DNA of 63,069 nucleotides, filler included, from Octopus bimaculoides (taxonomy: Eukaryota), in NCBI RefSeq assembly GCF_001194135.2. It is 5 parts of 5 records of this genome, joined end to end, with 100 filler letters (N's around TTAATTAATTAA, not from the genome) between each part and the next. Parts side by side here need not be neighbours in the genome. Positions count along the whole stretch, not along the records: positions 1 to 15,739 come from NC_068987.1; 4 more parts are not named here. One strand, given 5' to 3'. Below, piece by piece: positions 1-12,911 of this stretch. Every line of letters starts with the position of its first letter. Position 1 is the stretch's first letter. Under the pieces are notes generated by a model. It had not been told where the DNA came from. It did not search any database and saw only the letters and a list, made by a program, of their open reading frames with translations. The position numbers and the translations under genes were made by a program.

Positions 1-1
1 A

Positions 2-349
2 TATGCCACTCCTTAACTGTTGCTTTGATTTCATCCGTAGCACGAGGTAATTATAAATGTCATTATCTGTGAAATTCGGCAACTTACAAAGATCAGGCAA
101 TACTTCACCGAGAGGAGATATAAGCTTCTGCTTATTTCTGTCTGAAGTATCGTCCGATACTTCAGACTTATCGTCCGATGAATTTACTTTGTTGACATTC
201 TTCATCGACAGAATTTTTATACCTTTCAACCTTTCAATCAAGTCCGCCTTTCTTCCAGTAACATACTGTCCATATAATCTTAAATATTTCTTTAACTCAG
301 GCACAGTAAGTACTTCGATAGCTGAATCATCAAGCTGCTTTATATCCAT
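2..349 (-). CDS. Partial ORF with N-terminal SAP domain, probably a transposon accessory gene; runs off the window start
   Basis: Manual translation from ATG at 349 is open for 116 codons to the window edge: MDIKQLDDSAIEVLTVPELKKYLRLYGQYVTGRKADLIERLKG...LPNFTDNDIYNYLVLR. LTVPELKKYLRLYGQYVTGRKADLIERL matches the SAP consensus. Absent from the ORF track because it has no stop inside the window. Confidence 0.6.
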   Translation of the reverse strand, partial: MDIKQLDDSAIEVLTVPELKKYLRLYGQYVTGRKADLIERLKGIKILSMKNVNKVNSSDDKSEVSDDTSDRNKQKLISPLGEVLPDLCKLPNFTDNDIYNYLVLRMKSKQQLRSGI

Positions 350-540
350 GATAAGACGTAAAACAATAACAATGGCGTGGGTAGTCTGCGGAAGTTTGTC
401 TACATGGAGCGCCACCTAGCCATGGGAGATAACCTATTTATAGGAAAGCTCTATAAAAGTGTATCATTATACTGAATATGAAATCAATTCGAACAGAATA
501 TTAACGCTGGCAATCAAACAGAAAAGAGAGGAGAGGAATT

Positions 541-1894
541 GGATCTTTTTGGATTGACGGGCAACACTTGTTTTCTTAACGAAACACTTTCAAACTTGGG
601 ATACTGGTAGAATGTGTCATATAAAACATCTTTTTCTCTTAGCCTTCTTAACAAAAATTAGTTCTTAAGTTATTTCATGTTAAAGTTGTCGTATTTGTGT
701 AATTTCAACCAATCACTGTGTCTATTTAAAACGGGGGCCACAGTTTTCATTAATGTTTTACGTTGTGTTTTTGGTACCGAAAGACTTTCAAACTTCGTAT
801 ACTTATCTATTTTGTGTTATAGAACAGAAAAATATTTTTGTATTCGAATTTATTTCATGTAAAAAATTGTCTTATTTCGATAATTTCAACCAATCACTGT
901 GTCTATTTAAAACGGGGGCCACAGTTTTCATTAATGTTTTACNNNNNNNNNNNNNNNNNNNNNNNNNNNNNNNNNNNNNNNNNNNNNNNNNNNNNNNNNN
1001 NNNNNNNNNNNNNNNNNNNNNNNNNNNNNNNNNNNNNNNNNNNNNNNNNNNNNNNNNNNNNNNNNNNNNNNNNNNNNNNNNNNNNNNNNNNNNNNNNNNN
1101 NNNNNNNNNNNNNNNNNNNNNNNNNNNNNNNNNNNNNNNNNNNNNNNNNNNNNNNNNNNNNNNNNNNNNNNNNNNNNNNNNNNNNNNNNNNNNNNNNNNN
1201 NNNNNNNNNNNNNNNNNNNNNNNNNNNNNNNNNNNNNNNNNNNNNNNNNNNNNNNNNNNNNNNNNNNNNNNNNNNNNNNNNNNNNNNNNNNNNNNNNNNN
1301 NNNNNNNNNNNNNNNNNNNNNNNNNNNNNNNNNNNNNNNNNNNNNNNNNNNNNNNNNNNNNNNNNNNNNNNNNNNNNNNNNNNNNNNNNNNNNNNNNNNN
1401 NNNNNNNNNNNNNNNNNNNNNNNNNNNNNNNNNNNNNNNNNNNNNNNNNNNNNNNNNNNNNNNNNNNNNNNNNNNNNNNNNNNNNNNNNNNNNNNNNNNN
1501 NNNNNNNNNNNNNNNNNNNNNNNNNNNNNNNNNNNNACCGGAACCCTAACCCTAAAACCCTAAAGCTAAAACCAGTGCAAACGCACGAACGATGTTATAA
1601 ATAACAGTACCACCGATAGTTGTTGTTGACAAACAACGGCACTAATTTTATTCAAGGGAAAAGATCCCATAACACCGTTACGGCAGTAATTGTTTTCACC
1701 TCAATAGACGTCAGTGATTGGTTGAAATTACACAAATACGACAACTTCTTACATGAAATAACTTCGAATACAAAAATTTTTATCTGTTCTATAAAACAAA
1801 ATATACAAATATACAAAGTTTGAAAGTGTTTCGGTACCAAAAACACTACATAAAACATAAATGAAAAATGTTGCCCGTCAAACCAAAAAGATCC
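541..1894. mobile_element. Non-autonomous TIR DNA transposon, Merlin-like, with modular long inverted arms
   Basis: 26-bp TIRs, 25/26 identical (541-566 GGATCTTTTTGGATTGACGGGCAACA versus revcomp of 1869-1894). Perfect 8-bp TSD GAGGAATT at 533-540 and 1895-1902. Left arm holds tandem ~180-bp units; right arm holds an inverted unit. Centre is an N-gap. The Merlin label is inferred from GG..CC termini plus the 8-bp TSD. Confidence 0.75.
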
Positions 1895-2505
1895 GAGGAA
1901 TTTCCCTCAAGTGTCCGTTACATGTGCATAACAAAGCAAATTTATCATACTAATTAAATTATGCTGATTGTATCAAAATCAAATTAGTTATACTGATTGT
2001 ATCGGAACAAATTAATTATGCTAATCATATTAAAGAAATATGGCACGTGAAATGAGATGCAGGTATTCTGTTGTTTCCGGAAAAAGCCTTATTCGTACGA
2101 AGCGGAAAGATCAGTACACTTGAGAACACACAGATATATATGTACGCAGTTTTGGTCAGGGAAGGTGATACCATTGACCCTGTTCATCACACTATGACGT
2201 ATTATATTAGAGTGGTGTGGTGGTGGATCTTAGTGGCTCTATGAAGAAGATTCAATTGTTCAGTCTAGTAAATAACTTGCTCCTAAATTAACGTTTAAGT
2301 GACGGGGAATTTATGGAATTCTTAGTATGTGACAAGGCTGTATCTTTTGAATCATAGGTACAATTTCACTCACAAGGTATGGGGCAACTTCAGGCTATAG
2401 AAAGGAATATTTGTCGCTATGAAGCGAACTTATTAGTGTATGTATCTGTGTTTATCAATATCCACTGTTGTCAAGCGGTGAGTGGTAACAAAAACTTGCA
2501 CAAAG

Positions 2506-2555
<50 letters not shown>

Positions 2556-3448
2556 NNNNNNNNNNNNNNNNNNNNNNNNNNNNNNNNNNNNNNNNNNNNN
2601 NNNNNNNNNNNNNNNNNNNNNNNNNNNNNNNNNNNNNNNNNNNNNNNNNNNNNNNNNNNNNNNNNNNNNNNNNNNNNNNNNNNNNNNNNNNNNNNNNNNN
2701 NNNNNNNNNNNNNNNNNNNNNNNNNNNNNNNNNNNNNNNNNNNNNNNNNNNNNNNNNNNNNNNNNNNNNNNNNNNNNNNNNNNNNNNNNNNNNNNNNNNN
2801 NNNNNNNNNNNNNNNNNNNNNNNNNNNNNNNNNNNNNNNNNNNNNNNNNNNNNNNNNNNNNNNNNNNNNNNNNNNNNNNNNNNNNNNNNNNNNNNNNNNN
2901 NNNNNNNNNNNNNNNNNNNNNNNNNNNNNNNNNNNNNNNNNNNNNNNNNNNNNNNNNNNNNNNNNNNNNNNNNNNNNNNNNNNNNNNNNNNNNNNNNNNN
3001 NNNNNNNNNNNNNNNNNNNNNNNNNNNNNNNNNNNNNNNNNNNNNNNNNNNNNNNNNNNNNNNNNNNNNNNNNNNNNNNNNNNNNNNNNNNNNNNNNNNN
3101 NNNNNNNNNNNNNNNNNNNNNNNNNNNNNNNNNNNNNNNNNNNNNNNNNNNNNNNNNNNNNNNNNNNNNNNNNNNNNNNNNNNNNNNNNNNNNNNNNNNN
3201 NNNNNNNNNNNNNNNNNNNNNNNNNNNNNNNNNNNNNNNNNNNNNTTGAAATAAATTGGCAAAGAAAAAAAGAGTGATAAAAAGAAAACTTGGATTGTCA
3301 TTTGGAGAATCTACTTTGTCAAACTTCGAGATTTGGAAAGAGGTCATTATATGTATGATTTTACTACATAAATCTTGTGTATACTCATTGCAGAAATCGA
3401 AGATTGTTGAGGGATAGTAATAATAAGTCTAAAAGTCAATATCTTTAA

Positions 3449-3668
3449 CTCTTTAGCATTCAGATTACTTTGTCAAATGTAATACTTATTTTTTTCACAT
3501 TGTTTCGAATTTAATTTGCATTAACTTGTAGTCTTGAAATTTCGATGATATCATTGTTGATTTTTAGAATGACATTGTAGGGTAGGTATGAGAGGCCAGA
3601 TCTGGCCAGTTTGAACATAAGTAAGTAGAAACTTTTGGCCAGATAAGACCGACTTAAATGCTAAAGGG
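3449..3668. mobile_element. MITE with TTAA target site (piggyBac-like termini)
   Basis: TTAA-CTCTTTAGCATT ... AATGCTAAAGGG-TTAA. Related partial copies near 22275-22520, 52790-52880 and 61440-61680. Confidence 0.65.
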
Positions 3669-3849
3669 TTAAAGATGGGGGCCTATGCAGGATTCGATAG
3701 GAGATAGAGATAATGCGCGTGGATTTGTAATGTTCTGCTTCTCAAATTCGAGATAAGCTTATTTCAGCATTACGGTTTTGTAAAATACATGATCAAGTAA
3801 CATACTTTCAGTATCACGTGTTGTATATAGCAGAAAATCATCTCCTAAG

Positions 3850-5040
3850 GATGATGGTGACCTGTTAGAGTGGAAAGTTACCACTGATTTGCTAACTTTC
3901 TACCTCCCAAATGGATTTTCTTTCTTGTCATTACATCTCTGGGTTATCTGTACCAGATGCATCATGATTTTGTGAATTACCTTCAAACATTGCCTATAGA
4001 GAACTGAAGTAAACAGTGAAAAGGTAACATTGGACCAAGAGCAACGGTCCGACTCTAACTCTGTAAATGATGTCATATAGAGCAACAACCGAAGCTCAAG
4101 TATTTTCGTTGCCGCGGAAAGACATGTATTTCAATCGAATACATATTGAGTATGAGGAAGCATTTTAGATCAATTTTTTCTCATCGTTGTATCTACTGGA
4201 TTGGTGGCATTGTTTTTAAAAAGTGCTTCTGTAATACATTCAGCTTTCTAAATTTCAATTTCCATTTACTGACGGGGGTCCTATAACTGTATCAGTTTTC
4301 TACTTCGTGTTAGTGAAGAGAAGGAACAACTACATTCTGAGAGAATGGTTGAGTTTCTAAATGGTATTGAAAATATATAAATCAAGTCTTTGACAGCATA
4401 TTGAACACTGTAAACTTCACAAATAGAGCAGTAGAATCCTCTATTAATGGTGTTCTTGATTGTATAATAACGTCATCAATGTAATAGATGGAGAAACAGT
4501 TACTTATTACAAAAGCATTAATTCGGACAACGATTAAAATAAACTATATATATTATCCAATGGAGTTCACAAACTGATGTAACTTTTGTAGAGTATCTCT
4601 ACACAAGTTCATCTTATAAAGCTAAGGCAAAATTTAAGTAATGTTGTTGGGCTTTGCAGTGAGACAAAGCTCCGAATAACTTATTGTCATGAATACATGA
4701 TTGAAAGCGATATGGTTACAAACAGTGAATATCACGGAAAACATACCTGAACGCAATTACAGCTTCCAGTTCACAAATGCCCGTATTTACAATTCAGAAA
4801 TGCCTATGTTTATATATAGGAGCATACTACAAATATTCTATGTATAAGTATGCACTCAACACATCTGTAACAGTTTATAGTTTGATTTGTAAGACTGTCT
4901 TTTCTACGAATTGCACTGTATAGTGTTTTGATCACGACATTACATCTCATATCGTGATGGCATTTTTTACCAGACACTATGTGAATCATCTTCAACAATA
5001 ACTTTACAGAATCTTCATTAATTGCCTCATTCAGGTGTTT
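3850..5040 (-). mobile_element. Highly degenerate LTR-retrotransposon (Gypsy-like) RT remnant
   Basis: Minus strand reads CFSIYYIDDVIIQSRT near 4440-4500 (YxDD motif in Gypsy context). Flanks contain many stops and frameshifts. Confidence 0.4.
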
Positions 5041-5397
5041 TTCCTACATTCTTATTTCCCTTTGGTCGTTGAGGGGGGGGGGGGATCCTGTTTCTGTATT
5101 GTAAGAACATGCACCTCAAAATCAGAAGTAATGTAACAGCTGTTGCTCTAAAACAACCTACTTTGATTATTTCAACATGATCTTATCGGTTTTTCTGGGT
5201 GTGTAGTCTTTGTCACCAATCTGAGAATAAATATTTTCCATGCTTTCCATCTCACATGACGAGAGCGCGTTAATCCAACGAGACAATATATCACTCGATC
5301 AATGAGCTGAAGTACTCATTGTCGAAATCGGCGAAGTAGCATTTAGCTTTTATGAACGCAGATACATATATACATACATACGTGTATGTACGTATGT

Positions 5398-5437
<40 letters not shown>

Positions 5438-5578
5438 GTATGCGTGCGTGCGTGCGTGTGTGTTCTTGGTTTTATTTTTCGTATTTCTCATTAATTGTGA
5501 AAGAACTGGATCTTTAACGAAGAAACAGCATACATTCAATGGAATTTAGATCTACATACTTTTTGTATGTGTGCGTGT

Positions 5579-5672
<94 letters not shown>

Positions 5673-5802
5673 ATGTATGTATGTAAAAGGTGCGCCAAAA
5701 ACAAAACCTCGCACAGTTTTCTGGTTGACAAAAAAAAAGGCCAAGGTAAAAGTTATTAAAAATATATTTTAATAACCGTAGCGTGAATGGATACAGCTTT
5801 TG

Positions 5803-6560
5803 TCATTTGGTTTTGGATATGACATCCTCTAAAAGATGGCCTCTAATCGCGACGCAGCTTGGTAGTTGATTTCTGAAGCTTACCCTTACTCGGTGAGTCA
5901 TTTGTGATGGTATATCTACAGTTGTTTGGCGTAGAGCAGCCTTCAATTCGTCAACTGCTGTTGGTTGATGTTTGTTGGCTTCAACTTCCAGGTAACCCCA
6001 AAGAAAATAGTCACATAGACACGAGATCAGACGAGCGTGTAGGCCATCTAGTGTCACCACGTAAGGAGATCAAATGTCTTGGAAATAATTCTTTCAAAGC
6101 TTAGCTGTTCTTCCAATGTAAGCAATGGCCTCATTCTGTTGAAACTATACATCCGAATTTCCAAAATCTGTGAATTTTGACTCCAGAAAGTTCTATAGCG
6201 TCTCTATATATCGATCGGATGATACTGTAATTGCTTGATCTTCCGTCTAAACAAAAAAAGGAAAAAAGAAAAAAGTATAGACTCAAAACACCAAAATTTG
6301 CAACACTACACCATACAATAACTCGTATGCTATCTTGAGGTCTTTCATGAAATTTCAGGATCGTTTTGCACCCAGTAACGAATATCAGGCATATTGATGA
6401 TGTGAGACAAATGAAAGTGGGATTCGTCGCTTGTGAGGAGAACAATATCATTGTGAAGGATATAATCACAGCAGTTTTTCTCAGCCACATTCATGAAGTC
6501 CTTGAACAATCATCGTTTTGTATGAACTGAACTTGAGATCGGAGCGCAAAATTCTCCCAA
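5803..6560 (-). mobile_element. Tc1/mariner transposase remnant
   Basis: ORF 5803-6060 contains CLCDYFLWGYLEVEANKHQPTAVDELKAALRQ, matching the SPDLxPxDyfLWG motif. Upstream fragment reads FSSQATNPTFI...HERPQDSIRVIVWC. Confidence 0.7.
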
Positions 6561-6686
6561 CATATTGATTAGACAATCCCAGAGCAGAAGCATGCTTACA
6601 CACTGGACGTCTCATTGGGCGGATATTTTATGTCATTCGAATGCTTCGAGCTCTTCCGGTGGTTTTTGTTTTAGCGCTACACAGAC

Positions 6687-6723
<37 letters not shown>

Positions 6724-6831
6724 GCACGCACACACTCACATGCACACGCACGCACCTACGCACATAATACATACATATACTATTAAAGCGCACGCACACA
6801 CACATATATGTATGTATATACATATATGTCT

Positions 6832-6880
<49 letters not shown>

Positions 6881-6931
6881 AAGAAAATACTAAATATNNN
6901 NNNNNNNNNNNNNNNNNNNNNNNNNNNNNNN

Positions 6932-6967
<36 letters not shown>

Positions 6968-7354
6968 GCTGAAATTCCCGACTGACGGTGAATTTTTAAA
7001 ATTCTTCCCATATGCATATCTTGCCACTTGAATCCAGGATATGTGCAGGAAAAACAGTTGTATGTATGTTGGGCTGTATGTGGGGGGTGGGGTGTAATGA
7101 TGGTAACTAACGTTTAGAGGTAAGAAATAAACTATTACGCAGTCAATTGAACACAATTCATATCGTTTTCTACTGCTGTTATTGCCTGATGGTTTTATTG
7201 GTTTACGTAATGATTTCGTTTCATTATGAGTCAACCACCGATAAGCATTGCGGAAATATGTAATCTAGCAACATGCTTATTTATGAAAGGTGTGTTCTAA
7301 GTTCACTAATATATTAGTGTATAATGTTGGTTTTTAAAATTTAAGATGTTGAGC

Positions 7355-8090
7355 TGACAGAATCGTTAGCACGCCATACAAAAATGCTTAGCAGTATTTC
7401 GTTCGTCTTTACGTTTTGAGTTCAAGATTTACTGAAGGCCCAATTTACCTCTTTTTATCATTTACATGTCGATAAAATAATTACCATTTGAGCACTGGTG
7501 TCAATGCAATCGACTTATTCCCTCCCCTGAAATTGCTGGCCTTGTTCCTAAATCTGAAATAAATATTGGTTTTTAACTTTGGCACAAGGCCAGCAATTTT
7601 TTTGTGGGGATGGTGTTAAGTCGATTATTAGTGAATGATATTCCTTTGTACTCTTGACACGAGGACTGAAATTTTGGGAGAATGCAGATAATCGATTAAA
7701 TGGACACCAATGATCAACAGGTACTTATTTTATAGAACCCAAAAGAATGAAAAGTAAAGTCGACCTCGGTGGAATAGATCTCAGAATGTCAAAACAGATG
7801 AAATGCCGCGAAGCATTTTACCCGGCGTGTTAACGATTCTGCCAGCTGGTTTCTTTATATTAGTTTATGATATTGGTTCCGAATTTTGGTTCAAGACCAA
7901 CGATTTCGGGGAAGACGCAAGTCAATTATATCGACCTCTGTGTTCAACTGGTACTTATTTTATCAACCCCCAAAAGGATGAAAGTCAAAGTTGACCTCGA
8001 TGATATTTAAACTCAAAACGTACTGACGGACGAAATGCCGCTAAGCATTTCGCTCGGCTTGCTAATGATTTAGCTAGTTCGCCGCCTTAT
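7355..8090. mobile_element. Cluster of tRNA-headed SINE family B copies in both orientations
   Basis: Repeated GCTGGCAGAATCGTTAGCACGCC...TGAGTTCAAAT...GGTCGACTTTGCCTTTCATCC...AAATAAGTACCAG and its reverse complement. Homologous to 9741-9960. Confidence 0.7.
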
Positions 8091-9257
8091 ATTGGTTTCA
8101 AATATATACTTATTTTTTCGACCTCGAAAGGATGATAGAAAAAAAAACGGACGAAATGCGGTTAAGCATTTTGCTCCGCTGCCTTATATTAATTTATATT
8201 ACCATACCTTCAGTTTTTCTATTTGCTTTGTTAATTATAAACGTCAGAAACCGCATTCTATTGATGTGTATGTGTGTGTTTTCTTTGTGACCAAATGGTT
8301 AAGATGTTCGTTTCAAAACCAAGAGGTCCCGTATAAGATCTCACTGCTAGGTACATTAGGCAACTTTTTCAAATATCTCCAATGATAGTGTCGAGTGAAA
8401 TTTGTTATTTTTTAAAGCACTTAGCCAGCAATTATTGAGAAGACTTATAATCAAATGCATTCCAGTCGTGACCATCTCATCTCTTACTTATACCATGCAC
8501 CACATTGTATGTATGTATGTATGTATGTATGTATGTATGCATGTATGCGTATGAGTAAGTACCTTTTTAGCTTTAAGCTTTCAATGTAAAGTACACAAGC
8601 ATTTCTTTACTTTTGATTCAAAGTGTGCCAGTGGCCTTTTAATTGCTCTGAGTTAGGAAGCGAATTTTTCCCACGAGAGTTCCGGGCCCCAGTTATGAAC
8701 TCATTTGCATACAGCTAATCAGAGCTCAACTTTCAAACTAATTTATGAGCGCATAAGTGATGGACGATAAGATAAGGTCACTTGGGTAAGGAATGACCAT
8801 GCTTCTTTTCTCCTTTAATAATTAATAATGCTTGTTGTTCTTGTTCTTGTTTCAACTATGGCTGCCTCTGCGTAGTTATTTGTGTTGTTGTTTACTTTGT
8901 AAAACAGTAAGGGGAGAGGGTTGCTAGCACATCACCTTCTACCCACGTTTTTCTCAACTACATCTTTACCATATGGAGCCCTAACAAAATCCAATAATAG
9001 GTATAGATGCAACTCTATCTAAAATCAGGTATAACTTGGCGATCGGTCGACTTACAACACTTTTCTTCGTCTTGAGTTTACTTGGTAGAATGTGTTTTTA
9101 ACTTGATAACAAGGTCAAGGTGAACTCTGATTGGCTGTATGCAAATGATTTCATTGCTGGGGTCCTGAACTCGCCTGTGAAAAAAATTTCACTGTTAGGA
9201 AGGAAATCACGAAAGTCTGACAATCACAGTAATAATGTGTATTTATCTTTTTATTTT

Positions 9258-9453
9258 TACTTCTTTCAGTCATTTGACTGCGGCCATGCTGGGCACCGCC
9301 TTGTAGAGTTTTAGTCGAGCATATCGACCACAGGACTTACTTTTTTAAGCCTGGTACTTATTCTATCGGTCTGTTGCCGAACCGCTAAGTTACGGAGGCG
9401 CAAACACACCAACACTCGCTGTTAAGCGGTGGTGTGGGACAAACACAGACACA

Positions 9454-9493
<40 letters not shown>

Positions 9494-9718
9494 TGTATGT
9501 ATGTGTGTATGTATGTATGTATGATGTATATCCATGTGTCTGTGTTTATTCTATATACGACGGCTTTCTTTCAGTTTTCATCTACCAAATCTATTAAATT
9601 CACTCACAAGGTTCTGGTCAGCCCGAGGTTATAGTAAAAGACACTTGCCCAATGTTCCACACAATGGGACTGAATCCGAAACCATGTGGCTTCTCGCCAC
9701 ACAGCCACGCCTGCGCCT
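9258..9718 (-). mobile_element. Near full-length tRNA-headed SINE family A with internal (TG)n/(TATG)n
   Basis: Reverse complement of the 57752-58080 copy. Further partial copies near 25120, 28190, 45390, 48545, 50640, 53444, 54030, 55615, 56800, 58262, 59070 and 60922. Confidence 0.8.
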
Positions 9719-9740
9719 GTGTTCAATATTATGTACAATA

Positions 9741-9960
9741 GGGCGACGAGCTGGCAGAATCGTTAGCACGCCGGGCGAAATGCTTAGCCGTATTTCGTGT
9801 GCCAGTATTTCGCTCTGAGTTCAAATTCCGCCGAGGTCGACTTTGCCTTTCATCCTTTCGTGGTTGATTAAATAAGTACCAGTTACCCATTGGGGTCGAT
9901 GTAATATCCCTTTGTCTGTCCACTCTATGATTAGCCCCCGATGGGCAATAAAGAAATAAA
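9741..9960 (+). mobile_element. tRNA-headed SINE family B, well preserved
   Basis: Head GGCGACGAGCTGGCAGAATCGTTAGC, B-box-like GAGTTCAAATTCC, core GCCTTTCATCCTTTCG..AAATAAGTACCAG, tail AATAAAGAAATAAA. Other copies at 17945-18150, 18425-18740, 51895-52040 and 56225-56410. Confidence 0.8.
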
Positions 9961-10124
9961 TATTATGTACCATGTTATATACACCCTGATCGGTGGTTTT
10001 GCTCCTATCAAACATGTCTTGATTATAGGGAGAAAAAAGAAACAAATAAAAAAATAAACAGAAAACAAGATGCCTGTTCATTGTGCGGTCTACCTGGCCA
10101 TTTACACCCCAGTATACAGTCTAT

Positions 10125-10235
10125 CCCTAACCCGAAACCCTAATCGTAACTCCAAGCCCTAATCCTGATCCTTGCTCTAACCCTAAACCCTAATCCTAAT
10201 CCTAACCCTAACTCTTAACCCTAACTCTAACCCTA
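10125..10235. repeat. Degenerate interstitial (TAACCC)n-like tract
   Basis: Imperfect ccctaa/cctaat/ctctaa units. Similar TAACCCTAAAACC modules at 1537-1570 and 12912-12975 lie inside a dispersed repeat. Confidence 0.7.
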
Positions 10236-10751
10236 AATCCGATCAGATCATTTCACAGGTTGTTAGTTGTGTGTGTCAGCCGGCCATAGAATTACCTAAG
10301 CATAAGAGTACAACACAGCTTTTTATAGTTCTTCGCTTGAAAATCCGTGTTACACGCGCGCGCGCGCAGTATAATCTGATTTGAGATAAAAGCGATAAAA
10401 AGTTGAAAGCAATACATTTGACATTGTCATGGTTTTGATACTTAATACGGTGGTAGGGATGAATTTATGGTATGATAAAGAAATTAAATGAAAGGACATG
10501 TTTTTATTGAAAATAACGACAAATCAAGTCATGGGAAAAAGACTCCGCGCACATTCAGAAGTACAAATGTATGTCAAAACAGGTGTGACTTTATGACTAC
10601 ATATTGCTTTGTTATATGATAAAATAAGCACAGTGTATAAAATTACCTTCGTTGCTAACACGAGCCTGCCAACAATAATACATGACGTAACTATTTTTTG
10701 ATCTTCGTTCATACAGACTATTTTCATACGATTACGATGTCTCCACACACA

Positions 10752-10832
<81 letters not shown>

Positions 10833-11199
10833 ACACACACACAAACATACTTTTTTGTCACAATACGCGCGCGCACATTTCGCCGAAAGTAACATTTACA
10901 AAATCTGAATGTAGCGAAACACATTCAAACTCGTTCAAATCCTAGTCAACTATTAAAATGGGCAGCTATCCACAATACCGAAATTAACATACCACTATGC
11001 ATCTACAGTATAATGGCGAAGATGACAGCAGCTATTGTTTTATGAGTAGGGATCCGAACCCCAACAGTAAGATATTCAAGTAGGCATCACGAGTGAGACA
11101 CCACAGTTTCACATGATTAATCTATAAATTAACTAACCAGCGTAAAGCTGTGGCATGATATGGCTCCTCATATGATCTAAAAATTTGTCTCTTTTTTAT

Positions 11200-11430
11200 C
11201 TTACAAAAACTGTTTGGCGCCTAACTCAGTCAGACGGTCTCCGCAAACTTCTAAGTGTAAACGGCATCGGTCATTCGTATAAACTACCTTAGGCACTCAC
11301 AGAAGAGAGACTGCTAAGACCAGACCATTTGCGGCATTTGGATAGATCACTTCGAACAAGAAACAACTTCTGACACACACAGACGCGGTGCCACAGTTAG
11401 CTCTCTACAAGACATAGCACAGTTCTCTCA
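11200..11430 (+). mobile_element. Degenerate DNA-transposase fragment, possibly Academ-like
   Basis: With frameshifts it reads FAAF..DHFEQETTSDTHRRGATVSSLQD, resembling the AxFDNxDHxExT.SG..H.T...Q motif I recall from large invertebrate transposases. Confidence 0.3.
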
Positions 11431-11946
11431 TCCCAGTTTGCGGATTTATTATCAGCATTGTTCTTTTGTAAACATCCAACGCAATAAATCATGCCTGGCA
11501 ATAAATACGCTAAAATTTAAAAGTTTGTGAGTTGCTTCTTTTATTATATACGCTGCTAGCTCGATCACATGACGATGGTCTCCACCACAACCAAACATTG
11601 TCTTCGCGAGATGCAACCAAGTCAGAGCAAGGATACAGGAAATTAATATGCAATCATGAATGTATTGAGCAGTTGACAATCAAGTAATTGAAGAGTCCAA
11701 ATATTTGGAATGAGTTGGAATGGAATATTAGAATTAGATTTTGATCTTGAAGGAAACACCTTGCATGTCAGAGTCAAGTGGGTGTGAAAAAAAAAATTTT
11801 CGTTTACCTTCGTTCAGTTATTGAACTGCGAATATGCTGGGGTTCCGCTTTGAAGAGTTTAGTCGAACAAACCGACCCCAGGACTTTTCTTTTTTAAGTC
11901 TGGTACTCATTCTGTTGGTTCTCTTTTGCCAAATTGCTACGTTACA

Positions 11947-12621
11947 GGTGGTTCTAGGTCAACTGTCCGACGAGCAATTGCCTGATGGACAACTGCCCGG
12001 TGGACAACTACTCGACAGACAACTGCCCGATGAACAATTGCCCGATAGGGACAACTATCCAATAGATATCTACCCGACAGACACTTTCACTTTATCTTAT
12101 CTGTCATTCATTTCACTTCATCTGTCATTTCGGCGAATCTTCCTGTACTCAAAAATTGTATTTTCCCCCAGCTTGCTGTAGTAAAGAACAATCAGTTATC
12201 GAAATGCCTTGGCTTTTGTGCCAGCAGACAATGTTGCGACAGCATTTGAGCAATTACAAGAAAATTTGTGTCAATCATTGGTTACTTTAACGACGGCGTA
12301 ACAGAGGCAACCCACTCTTTCCTATTCGTATGTGGAACATGTATGACTGCAGATGCAATGATTTACCACGAACAATTAATTCCTTAGAGGGATGGCATAA
12401 CCATTTACAGGCGAATATAACGTCATCTAAATATCTGGCGTTTTCTTCATGTATTGAAGATGGAACAAGCACTTAACGACACGGCCATCAACCAAATGCT
12501 GGCAGGACATCTACCTTCACCCAAAAAGAAAAAAATATCAAGATTTAACGAAAAACATTGCAATTGTCCGTCGGGCACTTGTCCTTCGGGATCTTGTCAG
12601 TCAGGCAGTTGTCCAGATACC
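11947..12621 (+). mobile_element. MULE (Mutator-like) internal-deletion derivative inserted in a SINE family A copy
   Basis: Inverted termini built from ~15-bp GGACAACTGCCCGA-like units (11955-12060 and 12560-12621). Interior translates to ALAFVPADNVATAFEQL...PTLFPIRMWNMY...DLPRTINSLEGWHNHLQ (with frameshift), the typical MULE C-terminal motif. SINE sequence resumes as GTTACGAGG after the element. Confidence 0.75.
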
Positions 12622-12706
12622 GTTACGAGGATATAAGTGCATATAAATTCCAGGATATACGCGTATACGTTTCTCTCTCGCGCTCTCTCTCTCTCTCTCT
12701 CTCTTG

Positions 12707-12739
<33 letters not shown>

Positions 12740-12911
12740 TGTATGTATACGCATAGACATACTCAAACACGCACACACAAGGAAGCAGAGGTACACATAC
12801 AAATACACACACACACATACACACAAACATATGCATACATACAATGTATTTGGTGAAAAATTTGTGGCGGTGTATTGAACAGATTTTCACCAAATTTGGC
12901 AAAAATATTCA

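Noticed and set aside
5195-5225. PBS-like TGGTGACAAAGAC on the minus strand upstream of the Gypsy remnant
   Set aside because: Consistent in orientation but too decayed. No LTR boundary or gag could be defined.
10125-10235. Telomere or chromosome-fusion relic
   Set aside because: Short and degenerate. Similar TAACCC modules are internal parts of a dispersed element (1537, 12912).
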